Of a stretch of 64,000 nt of DNA, positions 22,081 through 34,799 are shown one piece after another. The first letter of the stretch is position 1. Each line of letters opens with the position of its first letter. Position numbers and translations under genes: made by a program. The notes beneath the pieces are model-generated. The model saw nothing but the letters and a program-made list of their open reading frames with translations. It had not been told where the DNA came from and ran no database searches. The stretch comes from Eledone cirrhosa (Eukaryota): assembly GCA_964016885.1 (NCBI GenBank), contig OZ024740.1:376836001-376900000 (forward strand), written 5' to 3'.

Positions 22081-22991
22081 AACAGTACGGTGTGTGTGAA
22101 TATTATGCGACTATGTCTGCTTCCTCCTAAAGAATTCGTCTGAACGGTACGCATTGCTGGTGGCTCTTTACTTACATTAAGTGTGGTCGCATTATAGAAA
22201 GATGTTTTACAATTGGGGGAGTGGTTGATTGATAAATTTCAGATTTCAACATACAGATAAGAGAAGTAGAGGAAGACAGAATTAGCGAGTAAGATAAGCA
22301 GAAACAGAAATAAAAGGAACATAGCAAAGAGAAAATGGCTAGAAAGATAAAGAGGGGGTATTTAAAATGTAGAAGTGAGTCTGAGTAAAAATGTGGGAGA
22401 GGAGGTTACACGGATTAAGGAAAGAGATTCTATTGAAAAATAATCACGTATATATTATAGGCATTTAAATCTATATAAAAAGATAGATAAACAAGTATAC
22501 AGAAGAAAGAAATATGTTTGTAGTAGTAGGTGAAAGAATCAATAACGAGATATATAAAATATGAAATATATTCTTTGACCTATCAATTACTATTCTTAAA
22601 TTCACCGATTACTTGTTCGAATAAATATTCTTATTTTACCTTAATGGCTCCATTTCCCCGAGATCACAATATTTAATTACGATATTCTACCATGAATTAG
22701 AAATTATTTGTAATCTGTTTGGCAAGTTTCGCTTTGGTGTAACGATAACGCAGCTGTATATACGGTAGACGTCAGTTCTATTACCACAGGCGATACTTTC
22801 CACGTTTTCCATCTCTTGGGGCTTATATGTCCAACTTTTTTGAGTGTTTTCTCTTTACGTTCTGGTTTTGCGCCTACATTAGAACTCATTAATTTAGATA
22901 TTGGATTTAACACGGTCGTCATCATCCACTTGATTTAAAATAACATGATGACTGCTTACGGCAGGCGAAATAATATTTTTTTTATTTTTAA

Positions 22992-24022
22992 CTAGCAGTA
23001 AAGCCCGGCGTTGCTCGGGGTCGCTCAGTAGCTGTGTTAAAGTTAGAATGTTAAGTTTCTTTTTTGGCTTAAAAACTGTAGTGTCTACTGTGCAGACTTG
23101 CATGTGGTGTTTTTGATTAATATTCCCTCAACCAACAATATGCCTTATGAAGTTAAGAAAACATAACGATAACCCGAATGTTATAACAAAAGAGGATGCT
23201 GGGGATAAAAACTGCACTGGTTATTTATTAACAAAGATCGAAAATGTAAACACTGCAACGCAGAGAAAAACATTAGCGTAACCAAATTATCAGTTATGTC
23301 TGTCTGCACGCCTATATCACCTCTCTGCACGACTGTCTGTCTGCACGCCTATATCACCTCTCTGCACGACTGTCTGTCTGCACGCGTATATCACCTCTCT
23401 GCACGACTATCTGTCTGCACGCGTATATCACCTCTCTGCACGACTGTCTGTCTGCACGACTGTCTGTCTGCACGCCTAACGAAATTTACAGATACATATA
23501 TTTTAAATAAACTTATATCATTTTTGCTTTTTTTTACGAAATATTTGCTTGTTTTACGTAGTCTTTAAGTAGACTTGTTTTTCAAGTAAAAATATTGTTT
23601 TAAAAGGCTTTTAAATGGAAATGAAGCAAAACGGAAGCTTAGTGTTCGAACTGATGAATTTTGCAGGTCAAAATTTTGCTGGCTCGACAACTGTTCGTGT
23701 ATTGTGTTAATGTCATTTTAAACGCTGAGAAAGCCAGCGTAATTTTTTTAATTTTTGCACGCAGAAAATGTAAACAGAACGTAAGACACTCAATGTAAAC
23801 AGAACAAAGGGAAATAACTCGTCACTTACGCTCAAAAATCGATACATTAGATTCGATTTCGTCACATAGGGTGGGTCAATTTGAAATTGTTTTTCCGATG
23901 TCTTCGCTAGGGCTCAATGTACAAGTATAGCAATTTCGGTGCAATTCCGTCAGAGATTCTAAGAGGAGATGTGTGCCAAAAATCGATAGACAGACAGACA
24001 ACCACAGCTTTATATATATAGA
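22992..24022 (-). mobile_element. Non-autonomous Helitron
   Basis: Minus strand 5' A|TCTATATATATAAAG, 3' hairpin CCCGAGCAACGCCGGG then CTTTACTGCTAG|T; AT target site, no TSD. Confidence 0.85.
23297..23477. repeat. 37-bp minisatellite, 4 units plus two partial units, inside the Helitron
   Basis: Unit TGTCTGTCTGCACGC(C/G)TATATCACCTCTCTGCACGAC starting 23297, 23334, 23371, 23408. Confidence 0.92.
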
Positions 24023-24671
24023 TTGCCTTATCAACTGCGTTACCGAACATCATTCATATTACTATTTTTTTCTTTTTTATCTCTTCGTATAATAATTGAA
24101 ACGCGACAAGTCATGAGTGGCGTCACAAAGAACACTATTCATTTCGGCTTTCCGCGCTCTGGATTCTAATCTGGTCGAAGTCACCTTTGTCTTTCGATAA
24201 AAAGAAACCAGTTCAATAGCGAAAACGAACCTTCCTCTATATCTCTTCCTCGGCCCCTCTCAATCTTTCTGTCCTCCTCTGGAACGAATCGGCTGTGTTC
24301 CAACTTGGGGATGGGATCTGCCAAATTTAATGTACTTAATATAGGCCATATATCTCGACGGCACACCTACGATTCCATCGATATTTAGTCACATATCCTA
24401 GCTACTTATTGAGAATATAACATTATCTAACATTACCTATCATTACATAGTGGTCGACCTATATCCATCATACATTAAGTCGACTGAGAGATAATATTTC
24501 GTACCTTAACTACGCAGTTGAATTCAATACTTTGTGAGTGCCGATTTGTTTTTAAGATGCTTCCTCGCTTATCTTTGTTGCATTTCTCATTCTTTCATTA
24601 TTCTTTATTTTTCTTCTCAATGGACTTTCACGTCTTTTCTTATTGCATTTAATCATGATTATTTTGGCAAT

Positions 24672-24840
24672 ATATGTAGAGAGTCGGACGCTATGCTTTG
24701 CAGCATAGTTACGTCTCTTTACGATCTGAGTTCAAATCTCGCCGAGGTTAACTTCGCATTTCTTCCTTACGGGGTCGATAAAATAAAGTACCAGTAATGC
24801 ACTGGGTAATTGCTGGCCTTGTGCCAAATGTAGAAACAAT
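24672..24840 (+). mobile_element. Deu/Nin-domain SINE copy
   Basis: Colinear with 1100-1272 (TTTACGATCTGAGTTCAAATC...CCTTACGGGGTCGATAAAATAAAGTACCAGTAATGCACTGGG). Confidence 0.82.
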
Positions 24841-25029
24841 TATCATTATTTCCATTTATTTTCTCAGAAAGTTCTCTTAGGTACCAACATTAACATATGA
24901 ACCCTTTCAATCAGCCTCTTTCACGCTGTAACTATTACCATGTGTGCGTGTGTATGTACGTGCGCGTATGTTTATGCGTGTATGCGTGCGTGCAGCGTTC
25001 GACAGAAAGTAAAAGCAATCCGATTTTAT

Positions 25030-25230
25030 CAAACAGTGAATTACAGCGGCGACGGCGTGCAGCCAGAAATGAAGAAAAACGGGCCGAACAGCGCCATCGG
25101 AACGCCGAACTTCAGAGGCGAAGACGTGCCGCCATGAATAAAGAGGAGCTGGCTGAACGACGCCAACGAAACACTGGAGCCAAGCAGCGACAGCGTGCTT
25201 AGATGGTTGAAGACGAACTGGCTGAGCATC
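25030..25230 (+). pseudogene. Arg/Glu-rich repeated peptide resembling the N-terminal repeats of Helitron RepHel proteins
   Basis: NSELQRRRRAARNEEKRAEQRHR / NAELQRRRRAAMNKEELAERRQR; immediately upstream of a PIF1 fragment. Confidence 0.45.
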
Positions 25231-25275
25231 ATCTTTTATATTAATTATCTATATCTATATCTACATATAATATAA

Positions 25276-25404
25276 AAGATTGGAACTTCCATCATGCTTT
25301 TGAGAAACGTAGAACAACCACGTCTATGCAATGATACACGTTTTACAGTCAGGCAGAAGATGAACCATCTCCTAGAGGCCACTATTCTAGGTGGGAGCAC
25401 ATAG
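25276..25404 (+). pseudogene. Helitron PIF1-family helicase fragment
   Basis: Manual translation KIGTSIMLLRNVEQPRLCNDTRFTVRQKMNHLLEATILGG matches the PIF1 motif KVG-PIMLLRNL-P-LCNGTRL-V...VIEA-IL-G; preceded by Helitron-like ATCTATAT...TATAAAA start. Confidence 0.8.
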
Positions 25405-25802
25405 AATTGTTCATATACTATGCACAAACGGTACAACCAAGAATCTGGTATACCTGGAAGAATTTTTTTACTGTTTTTTTGTATCACACAGACACCACAG
25501 ACTCGCCTCATACTGAAACGAGACAAACATCCAATACAGTCATTTTCTCTTTTACCTGCCTTCTCTTATAATATGTTTACCCGGGGCAAGTTTGTTTTGA
25601 AACAGCGGGCGAAGTTTGAAATCTATTAGAAATAGAAGCTTTCGCCGTAATTTTTACTAAAGAAATTTTTTTAGCCTGATAGTGGGGTTTAAAACGCTCT
25701 AAAAATGGAAAAGGATGACCTTTTCCATTTTTAGCCACTATCAGGCTAAAAATATTTCTTTGGTCAAAAATACGGCGTAAGCTTTTATTTCTAACAAATT
25801 TC

Positions 25803-25836
<34 letters not shown>

Positions 25837-25879
25837 ATGTATGCATATGTGTCGTCAATCTATTTTATTTCTCATTCTT

Positions 25880-25915
25880 TCCTCTGATGAGGGACTAGCT
25901 CCCGAAACGTTAAGA
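25880..25915 (+). ncRNA. Minimal type I hammerhead ribozyme motif
   Basis: CT-CTGATGA-GGGA/ctagc/TCCC-GAAACGTT-A-AG; palindromic AACGTT stem III as in PLE minimal hammerheads; stem I weak. Confidence 0.65.
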
Positions 25916-26003
25916 CCCCGTTTCCTGCTATACCACGCGTTAACCTAATATATCCCTACCATATACTGTACCGATTGTGTTGTTATTTCTGCTTACATTT
26001 TAC

Positions 26004-26054
<51 letters not shown>

Positions 26055-26152
26055 TGTATAGAAATGTCGTATTAATTACCTCATTTACACAGACGAGAAA
26101 ACTATATATTCTCTACTGTTTTCAAGTCCAACAGTTGCAAGTGGTGGGAGGG

Positions 26153-26196
26153 ACCGTCCTGAAGAAGTCCAGTCAAGCCTGAAATGTATAGACGGT
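26153..26196 (+). ncRNA. Minimal type I hammerhead ribozyme motif
   Basis: ACCGTC-CTGAAGA-AG...CT-GAAA-TGTA-TA-GACGGT; perfect 6-bp stem I, weak stem II. Confidence 0.65.
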
Positions 26197-26619
26197 TCTC
26201 CCCCCTTGCTTCTGCTGGATACCACCAGAGGGCGTTAGCCCGGTGTTTGTATAGCTACGGCTTCCTAAAACCGTGTTTCTTTAGAAATACGAAATTTCTA
26301 TACATATTTGTCTAACGCTCTGCTTGAAGCGAAATCCTATTTCTATATATATATATATATTATGAAAAAAGAAGAGATGGTATCACCTATACATTCTCAG
26401 TTTAATACATCGTCCTGTTATTCACATTCCAAAGACATCAAAGTCGCTATGTAACAATTATTTTTGATTATGTTGTCATCAGACTAGTATATAGGCGTAA
26501 TATATTGTTTATGTTTTTTATATGCTCTACATAATATGGTACACGATGTAGGCAATCCAGCTCTATAAACGAGTATATAATGTAGAACGATGGCAACGCC
26601 TGTTTGTGTATGTGTTCTT

Positions 26620-26975
26620 CGTCCATTTATTCTTGAGTCTTCAAACACTCTATTCAATGGATCAAGTCAGAGGAAGCCGATTCCAACTGATTTGGATGTA
26701 TCCTCAAGCTTGACCAGCCAAGCTCATGGATGTTATGCAACCATCTTGCTGGGGGTCTACCTCTGGGTTTCCTGCATGTTGGTTTTGTCCGTAAAATCTG
26801 TCCAGCGATTCTTTCCTGTGACATTCTAACCACATGCCCATAGTATTGGAGCTGTGATCTCGCAATTCGAAGACGTAGCGGCTCTACCTGGAATGACTCT
26901 CTGATCTACGAGTTATGCACTATATTGGGTAACGTTACTCCAAAGACCCTCATTTCGGGACCTGCCTTACAAGCA
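26620..26975 (-). mobile_element. RTE-clade LINE 3' fragment
   Basis: Minus-strand manual translation QYYGHVVRMSQERIAGQILRTKPTCRKPRGRPPARWLHNI, the typical RTE C-terminal GHV-RM...RPRGRP..RW motif. Confidence 0.8.
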
Positions 26976-27479
26976 GGCAAGAAGAATCGCAGTAGAGACA
27001 GTAAAGGTGTCCAAAGTTGTGTACAACAGCATACTCTGATGTACACAAGGTGCATCTGGGAGCGGTGAATATTCTCTTACAAGAGCAAATATGGCGAGGC
27101 CGCTGGGGAAGATGAAATCCAGCCTGTTATTTAAATAGAGAAAACCTTAAATAGAGAAGGTATTTTCTGACTGGATCGTGTGTGCCTGATGGTCTGGATC
27201 TCTGGCAAGGTACCTAAGCAATGGCAATCGAGAGTGATAATCTTAATTTTCAAACAGAAGACAAGAGAGATTGCTGCAATTACAGAGGGATCTCCTTGTT
27301 AAGCCTCCCCTGTAATGCCTAAAGTGTGTGTATGTGTATATTATAATCGAACATGTATACATGCAATGGTTGTGCGCTGTCGTATATAATTGTGGAAGTG
27401 TAAGGTTACATAGCAGTTCGTTACACGTAAATATGCACGTATGCGAGTACAGACAGACTAAGCATTGTGCGCGCTTACG

Positions 27480-27516
<37 letters not shown>

Positions 27517-27560
27517 TCACACACACACACATCAGAAATATATGTATGTATGTATGTATG

Positions 27561-27672
<112 letters not shown>

Positions 27673-28949
27673 TGTAATTTCCTGATTTGTTGATAATAGT
27701 CGCCCGCAACTAAGAAAAATTCTATGTAGAGAGAGTGGACGTGAAAAACTATCTAAAGATATTAATTAATCTCATTATTTGTATTCATAAAGAGTATAAA
27801 GTACACTTTTCTTTCAGTTATGAATTCAATCATGAGTTATATAATTGTTATAATATGACGAAAATAACATCTGTTGGCGTAGAATGAAAGTATACTATGA
27901 TGAACGTCACCAAATTGAATTAATTTATAACAATTATTTTATAATAATTACGAAAACCATCTATGTCGGAGGTGAGGTGCCAATTTTTCAATTCATGAAC
28001 AATGACAGTAAATGAGAATATTCCTACAACACACATGTTGCCATCATGTTTGGCAAGAACATGACTCCAAATATGATTATGCAGTTACCTCATAGTCAGA
28101 CTGACCTTTCACATATAGCTGTCAGTGACTATAGCAGCCGCAAGGGTAATAAGTGTATTACGAGCTAAAAATTATAAACTTATAAACAATTAAAATCCAT
28201 TCTTAATGAAATGTTTCAACCAAAGAATATTTCGATTCTAATTTCCCCGCCAGAAGGCAGGCCTTATTATTGACATGAGTCCCACTGAGTTGATTAATGA
28301 TATGTACCGGATATATTTACACTCTCTCTTCATCTTGTCAAATGATCGCATATTCATATATGTGACCCTCAACTGCTAAGTAATATCTTGAAGACGCTAA
28401 AGAAGCAAACAAAGCTAAAATAATATGGCGAATGCTCTCGCGGATCTCCAAAATGGAAAAATTTGATCGTTGATTTTAGATCATTATCAGTAATGTTGCG
28501 ATATTTATCACAAGTAAACAATTAAATACTACTATTCTTACAAACAAACATTGAATAATAAAACAGAAACACTAATTAAAGATAGTAAAAATAGAACATT
28601 TTATTATAAATCGAGGCTCAAATTAGTTTTAAAATTAAATCGGAGTGGTGCCTAGGGTTGAAATTCATCGGCAATGTAGCAAGCCACAAGTAACCGTAGA
28701 ATACAACACTGTGATAAAAAAAATACTGTCACCCGTTTTCTGCATGCAATAAATCTCTGTACTACTACCCGTACCAACATTTGTGGGATTTAATTGAACG
28801 CTAAATTAAATCTGGGTGGTTCATTGACTTTAAATCTCAAAAAGTATCAATCATCATTTGAAATTCCCACACCTGTAGTGATATTGGCGCCCATTTTTTA
28901 AAACGAAACCAAGGACTTAGAGAAGCTTTTGCGTTTTTGAATGCCATAC

Positions 28950-29330
28950 GGTATCTATACACATCTACTTAAACAGAGATCTGAAAGATACACACTCATC
29001 ATACCAGTAGAGCGTCATTCACTGCAACATATTCAGCAAACTAGGAGATAACAATAGCACAGACAGAAAGAAGCTGCTCCTGGACTACATTATAATCCCA
29101 CATGGAAGGATATGCTTTTGTAATTAAGGAATATGAGGTAACTACTAAATATATGATCAATAAGAGTGATAAGGATGCCTCCAAACAGCCACCTTGTGAG
29201 AGGGAGAAAATGCCGATTGTTCCATACCAGTTTACAAAATATTACTCATATATTAGTAGATGTACTACTTTCCATGAGACATTACATAAATGCCGCCTGC
29301 TAAAAGAATTGCTCAGCTGGACATACTCCA
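28950..29330 (+). mobile_element. Degraded R4-clade fragment (region preceding the CCHC finger)
   Basis: HMEGYAFVIKEYEVTTKYMINKS resembles SHLEGYLYAIQEQEL at ~33172-33216; remnants of ITHI-S-C and YY-PMRH follow. Confidence 0.55.
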
Positions 29331-30099
29331 CCCCACCAAAAAAACAGCAGAACCAAAATGTATCCACACCTTTAAAAATATGAAATGTTGTTTTTACATC
29401 CCAATAAAGTTTCACGATTGTATCTATTGTTATGGTTACATTGGATTATGTAACTACATATTTGAATAAGGACCTACAAACGATGGAGTTTTCCAAGATG
29501 TTAATCAGACAAATCAGCACCCTCCAAGTTGAAACGATAAGTAGTAAAATTAAGATTTTCAAGATATTTCAAAAATTCTCCATTTTAGTTTCCAGCAATA
29601 AATATACTCAAAAACCTACATACGTACATATGGCAAATGCACACAAACACACAAACAAAGAATGTGCAATAAGGAAATGTCTAAGTATCGCACCTCTATA
29701 TACATGCATTTACAAGCTCACTCATTTATTTACAAATACATAGAACTTTCGTCACTTAGACAAAAAAAATTATTGTTACGTTGTTAGTGGATGGCATCAA
29801 TTTTAGCAAAATTAACTTAAATAAATATAGAAAAATGCATACATATTTGCATGCAAGCAAGCATAGATACATACATGCACACATATATACACACATACAT
29901 ATTAGCTTAACCCTCGTTATGGAGTATGGCCATTGCACGATATACCACTATTAATAACTATTCATTAATTCTATCGTGCAAAGCCTGTGTGTGAAGATAT
30001 TTTTTTAAGTGAAGAAAGACTGTGCACTGAGCCAAACCCACTCTCCCAGCAACAGTAGCTATAATCAGAAAATAAGAAAAGATCAACATCCTCGGTAAC

Positions 30100-30516
30100 T
30101 ACTGAGCCGCAGGGTTTATATCGGAGTTATCGCAGTTTCCTGAGTTGCCTTCTCATAGAAGAATGCCCTTACAAAAACTAGGGGTCCTTCACTCCCAGTG
30201 GTTTAACCGCGCGATCGGGTGTCCATCCCGACTATTTCTGTCATCGCGCATATACATACGCATGCACCCATATATATACACATATACATACACATGTACA
30301 TGTGTATGTACATATTTACACACTTGTGGATGGCCGTTGACTCTCATGAGTTCTTCCGTCCTTTATCAGGTTTTGTTTTTTGTCCTGCAGGGTGTCCAAA
30401 ATCACCCTCCTCACCAAGTAAACTTGGTGGGGTTGCCGGTTTAGTCGCCGACGACCTGACAATGCGACAGGTTGTACTGGGTTACATGTTACCAGTAGCA
30501 CTCAAGAGTGACCCGA
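30100..30516 (-). mobile_element. Non-coding element resembling an RTE 5'UTR, multi-hairpin head (copy 1)
   Basis: 30332-30516 homologous to 36844-37030; 30105-30198 homologous to 36732-36817; starts directly at a (TATG)n tract. Confidence 0.6.
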
Positions 30517-30526
30517 CATACATACA

Positions 30527-30560
<34 letters not shown>

Positions 30561-30642
30561 CATACGTACGTACATACGTACATACATACATACATACATA
30601 CATACATACATACATACATACATACATACATACATACATACA

Positions 30643-30673
<31 letters not shown>

Positions 30674-30699
30674 GGTCAGCTAACTATAGTCGTAATTGT

Positions 30700-33600
30700 C
30701 ACCACATACAAACATATATAATGGTCAGCAAACTCTAGTAATAATTGTCACCACATCAACAACGAGGCTGAAATCCATGACTCTACTGTACAAACAGAAC
30801 ACCAAAAACTTGTGGACACCCTACAAGTGATATGGGACGACATGTTTCAAAAGATACAGAGCCTTAATGTGAGTGACGGACCATACAACACCAGAATCAG
30901 TAAAGAACCCACTAAATTGGAATTGGAAGCGGTGAACGAAATTGCTGGCAATTAATTGAAGGCTATACGATCTAAAGGTGTAGAAACGACATTTGAAACG
31001 CTTAATATGTTGTAATATGTCTCAGCTGTCACATTGCTATCATATAATACACATCTAAAACCAGGCAATCAAGATACAAACAAAAAGCCTGAACCAGCGT
31101 GGATGCGAAATTTAAAAAGCAAAATTTTGTCCCTCAGACGAAGTATCTCACACATCGTAGTCGTTATGAAATGCAACATAGAGAGCAACTTCACACGACA
31201 CCAGGAAGACCTAAAAAAAATGTTAGAGAGACGATTTGGAGATACAAAATTTAAAACTTTGAACTCCAAATTATACCAGTTGAAACAACAACTCACAGCT
31301 ACAACAGAAAGACTAAAATATAAGTCAACAGCACATAAACGACAAGTGCTAAATAGATTGTTTGCCAGAGATCCTAAATCAGTTTATCGCAGCTTCGGTG
31401 GCAAAAGCTCAATCCCTGTAAATGACACCCCTTCAAAAGAACAGGTTGAGAGCTACTGGAGATCTGTATGGGAAACGGATGACGGATTCAACAGACAAAC
31501 TAATTGGCTAAAAGAACTGGAACAGGACTACTGCCAACATGTCCAGACAAAACAATATGACCTAAATGGGTCAATACTGGAAACAGTTCTATAGAAAATG
31601 TCGAATAGGAAATCACCAGGCCCAGACCTCATTACAGGATACTGATTGAAGAATTTCACTTTCTATCGGCAAGATCTCATACGGCTGTTTACAGAAACTA
31701 TTAAAGGCAGACAAGAACTGCCCAGATGGTTATTGAACTGCCACTACTCTCCTCATTCCCAAAAGCAGCCAAACCACCCTTGTTAAAATTACCGCCCAAT
31801 AGCCTGCCAAAACATCATGTATAAATTATATACTGGGTGCCTTAACCTGTTCTTACAGGATCACTGTGCTACCAACAACATCATAATACCTGAGCAAGCT
31901 GGTGGAAAGAGGGAGGTGTGGGGTTGCATAGATCACCTACTAACTAATAAAATGATTCGAGAAAAAACAACAAAGAATCGCAGAAACATTACTGTGGTGT
32001 GGCTGGACTATCAAAAAGCATTTGATAGTGTACCTCATGGGTGCATTGTTAAGGCTTTACAGTTAGCCAAAGTCCCACAACCACTGGTAGCTGCTGTTGA
32101 ACGTCTAACCAAGAACTGGTACACCAATTTGATCCTTAGAGGTGAGAAGGAGCAAGTTAAGACTGATAGGATACATTACCAGAAGGGCAACTTTCAGGGT
32201 GATAGCTTGTCTGTGCTACTCTTCGTTCTCTCACTAAATCCACTATCTTACCTACTCGGGAAACAAGGTGGACAAAGAAGTGGGTCCAGAAGTATATCCC
32301 ATCTTTTCTTTGTTGATGACCTGAAGTTGTATGGGCCAAATATCAATGACATCAAGAAACAATTGGACCTCATTACACAATTTTCAACAGACATCAAAAT
32401 GAAATTTGGTGAGTCCAAGTGTGCATATTTGGCAGTAAAACGTGGAAGAGCTGTGCCCTCCTTTTGAAATCTAGAGATGAACGGCCTGACAATACAACCT
32501 CTACAGTCAGGTGACAACTGCAGATATCTTGGACAGGATGAGAATGTCAGATATGATGGACCCATAAATAAGGAGAGAACCAGAACTGAATACCTCAGAA
32601 GAGTAAAGAAAATATGGTCATCAGAACTGTCAGCGTACAACAAATACATTGCCCACAATACTTATGCTGTGCCAATTCTAACGCCAACATTTGGCCTGCT
32701 GAACTGGTCATTGCAAGAACTAAGTGAGATGGATGTAAGAAGTCGCAAGCTTCTCAGTGTTACTGGGAACTTTAACAGCAATGGTGATGTGGATAGGATA
32801 TACTTCTCACGCAAGGAAGGTGGCCGGGGTCTAAAATCCATATTAACATCATATGAGACCCGGATAGTAACACTGAAGCAACACCTTCAACAGAGGAAAA
32901 AGGTTGGCAACCATCTTGCCCAGGTTTATGAGCATGAAAAAAATATATCATTAGAATAGCCACTGATCTGGGTGAGAGATATGGAATAAAGCCTGATATA
33001 AATCTCTCACCCAGAGAAATCGGAAGATCCTATTCAATGTTCAAACAAGATTAAAAAATTGACCAATTTACAGAAAAAGTTGTGCATGGATACTTGAGAC
33101 GTAAAACACAGACCATAGAGGGGATAAACCACTCAAAATGCATGGCATGGAGTTCCGACAAGTTTATGACATCACACCTTGAGGGATATCTCTATGCAAT
33201 ACAGGAACAAGAACTCCTACCAAATATCTGCTGCATAAAAGGGGAGGGCCAGCAGCTGACAATAAATGTAGGCTATGTAAAACAAATATCGAGGATGTAA
33301 GCCACATTGTTGCCAGCTGCGAAAGAATGTCATCTCGGTACTACCTCCCATGAGACACGATGGGATAGCTAGAACCATCTGGAACGCACTTCGGAAAACA
33401 AAATTAACAACAAACGAGGAAGAATATATTGAGACAGATGGCACTAAGGAATACTGGTGGAACCTGAAAATAAAAACTGCCACCAAATTAAGCACAACCG
33501 GCCTGATATTGTTGTTTGGGACCACACATTGAAAACGTGTTCTGTTGTGGAGATCAGCTGCCCACTTCATGTAAACGTTGTCAGAAAAATACAGGAGAAG

Positions 33601-33845
33601 GAGGGCATCTACGGACCATTGATGAGGAGTTTGCAAATCCAGTATCCAAGATACACCTTTAGCTTCATACCCATCCTTATTAGACCTACGGGTTGTATTC
33701 CAATCCGTTTGAACCAAAGTATGACTGAACTTAGATTTGCGGACTCCCTAATTCATAGTCTACAAATGGCTGCGATAGCTGGCACCTTCAAAATCTTGCG
33801 ATTAAAGGGATGACAATTTCTTTTCTTTTACAATTTTGCTACCAG
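30700..33845 (+). mobile_element. R4-clade non-LTR retrotransposon (RT + restriction-like endonuclease), 5'-truncated pseudogene
   Basis: WLDYQKAFDSVPH, FQGDSLS, HLFFVDDLKLY, YLG, DVDRIY..RKEGGRGL, MRHD, HNRPDIVVWD..VVEISCP..EK..Y; multiple frameshifts; begins after (CATA)n. Confidence 0.9.
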
Positions 33846-33859
33846 GAAGGTGGCCGGTC

Positions 33860-34775
33860 AAAAAAATATACTCGAAATTAAGAGAAAGAGATAACATACA
33901 TAAAAGAATCATGCATGGATATGTTGCCAGGAAGCTCCAAAGTGAGAGTAATATCGATATATTGGCTCCCACCTTGCAGGATACGCTTTTGCAATCCAAG
34001 AACAGCAAATCAACACGATATACCTGATTCACAAAAGAGATAGGGATGTAAGCAAAACACCTAGATGGGACAACAAGTGCAGACGCTGCAGAATTAACCT
34101 CGTAGATGTCACCCATGTCATAAGCAGCTCTCCAAAGATGTCATCGTGGTACAGTCTACCTATGAGGCATAATGTAGTGGCGAAAACACTGTACAATGCA
34201 GGCATAACAGACCAGATGTAATGATATGAGACATGGAAAAGAAGGCATGCACAGTAGTGGAAGTTAGCTGCCCAGCAGATGCCAATATAATGTCAAGGAT
34301 TATCGAAAAGGAGAATATTTATGCAGATCTAACGAAAGATATGCAGATACGCCAACCTGACTATACCTTCAGATCTATGCCTGTGATTATTGGGGCACTA
34401 GGATATGTTAGTAACTGCCTCACCACAAATCTTGAAAAACTGGGCTTCACAGAAACAGAAAGAACACAACTAGTTAGGAAAATACAAGTACAATTCATTA
34501 ACGGAAGAGTAAAAATATGAAAAACATTCCAAAACTTTTGCACATGTACAGATACAAAGCGTATGGACACGCACACATACAATTCAAAACATCTACACAT
34601 ACAATAACATCCATACCTGCACACACATGGATGCAGACAGGCACGCATACGTATATATCTAGTTGATGTTGTGTAAATTCCAATGAAAGAGTCTTGTATC
34701 TATGTTAGAAACCGACTCTCTCTCTCTATTGGCAAAAAATTGTGAAATTATAAAACCAGAAGAACATACACACAC
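33860..34775 (+). mobile_element. R4-clade 3' fragment (RLE domain + 3'UTR) ending in CATA
   Basis: MHGY, CRRC, MRHN, RPD, VVEVSCPAD..EKENIY..PVIIGALG; 3'UTR ends AAACCAGAAGAACATACA. Confidence 0.85.
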
Positions 34776-34799
34776 ATATACACATGCATACATACATAA

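Noticed and set aside
23297-23477. 37-bp repeats as a CRISPR array
   Set aside because: Units are contiguous with no unique spacers, no cas genes, eukaryotic context inside a Helitron
23651-23690. CTGATGA as hammerhead (also 38432-38439 minus and 3578-3605)
   Set aside because: No correctly placed GAAA/UH or closing stems
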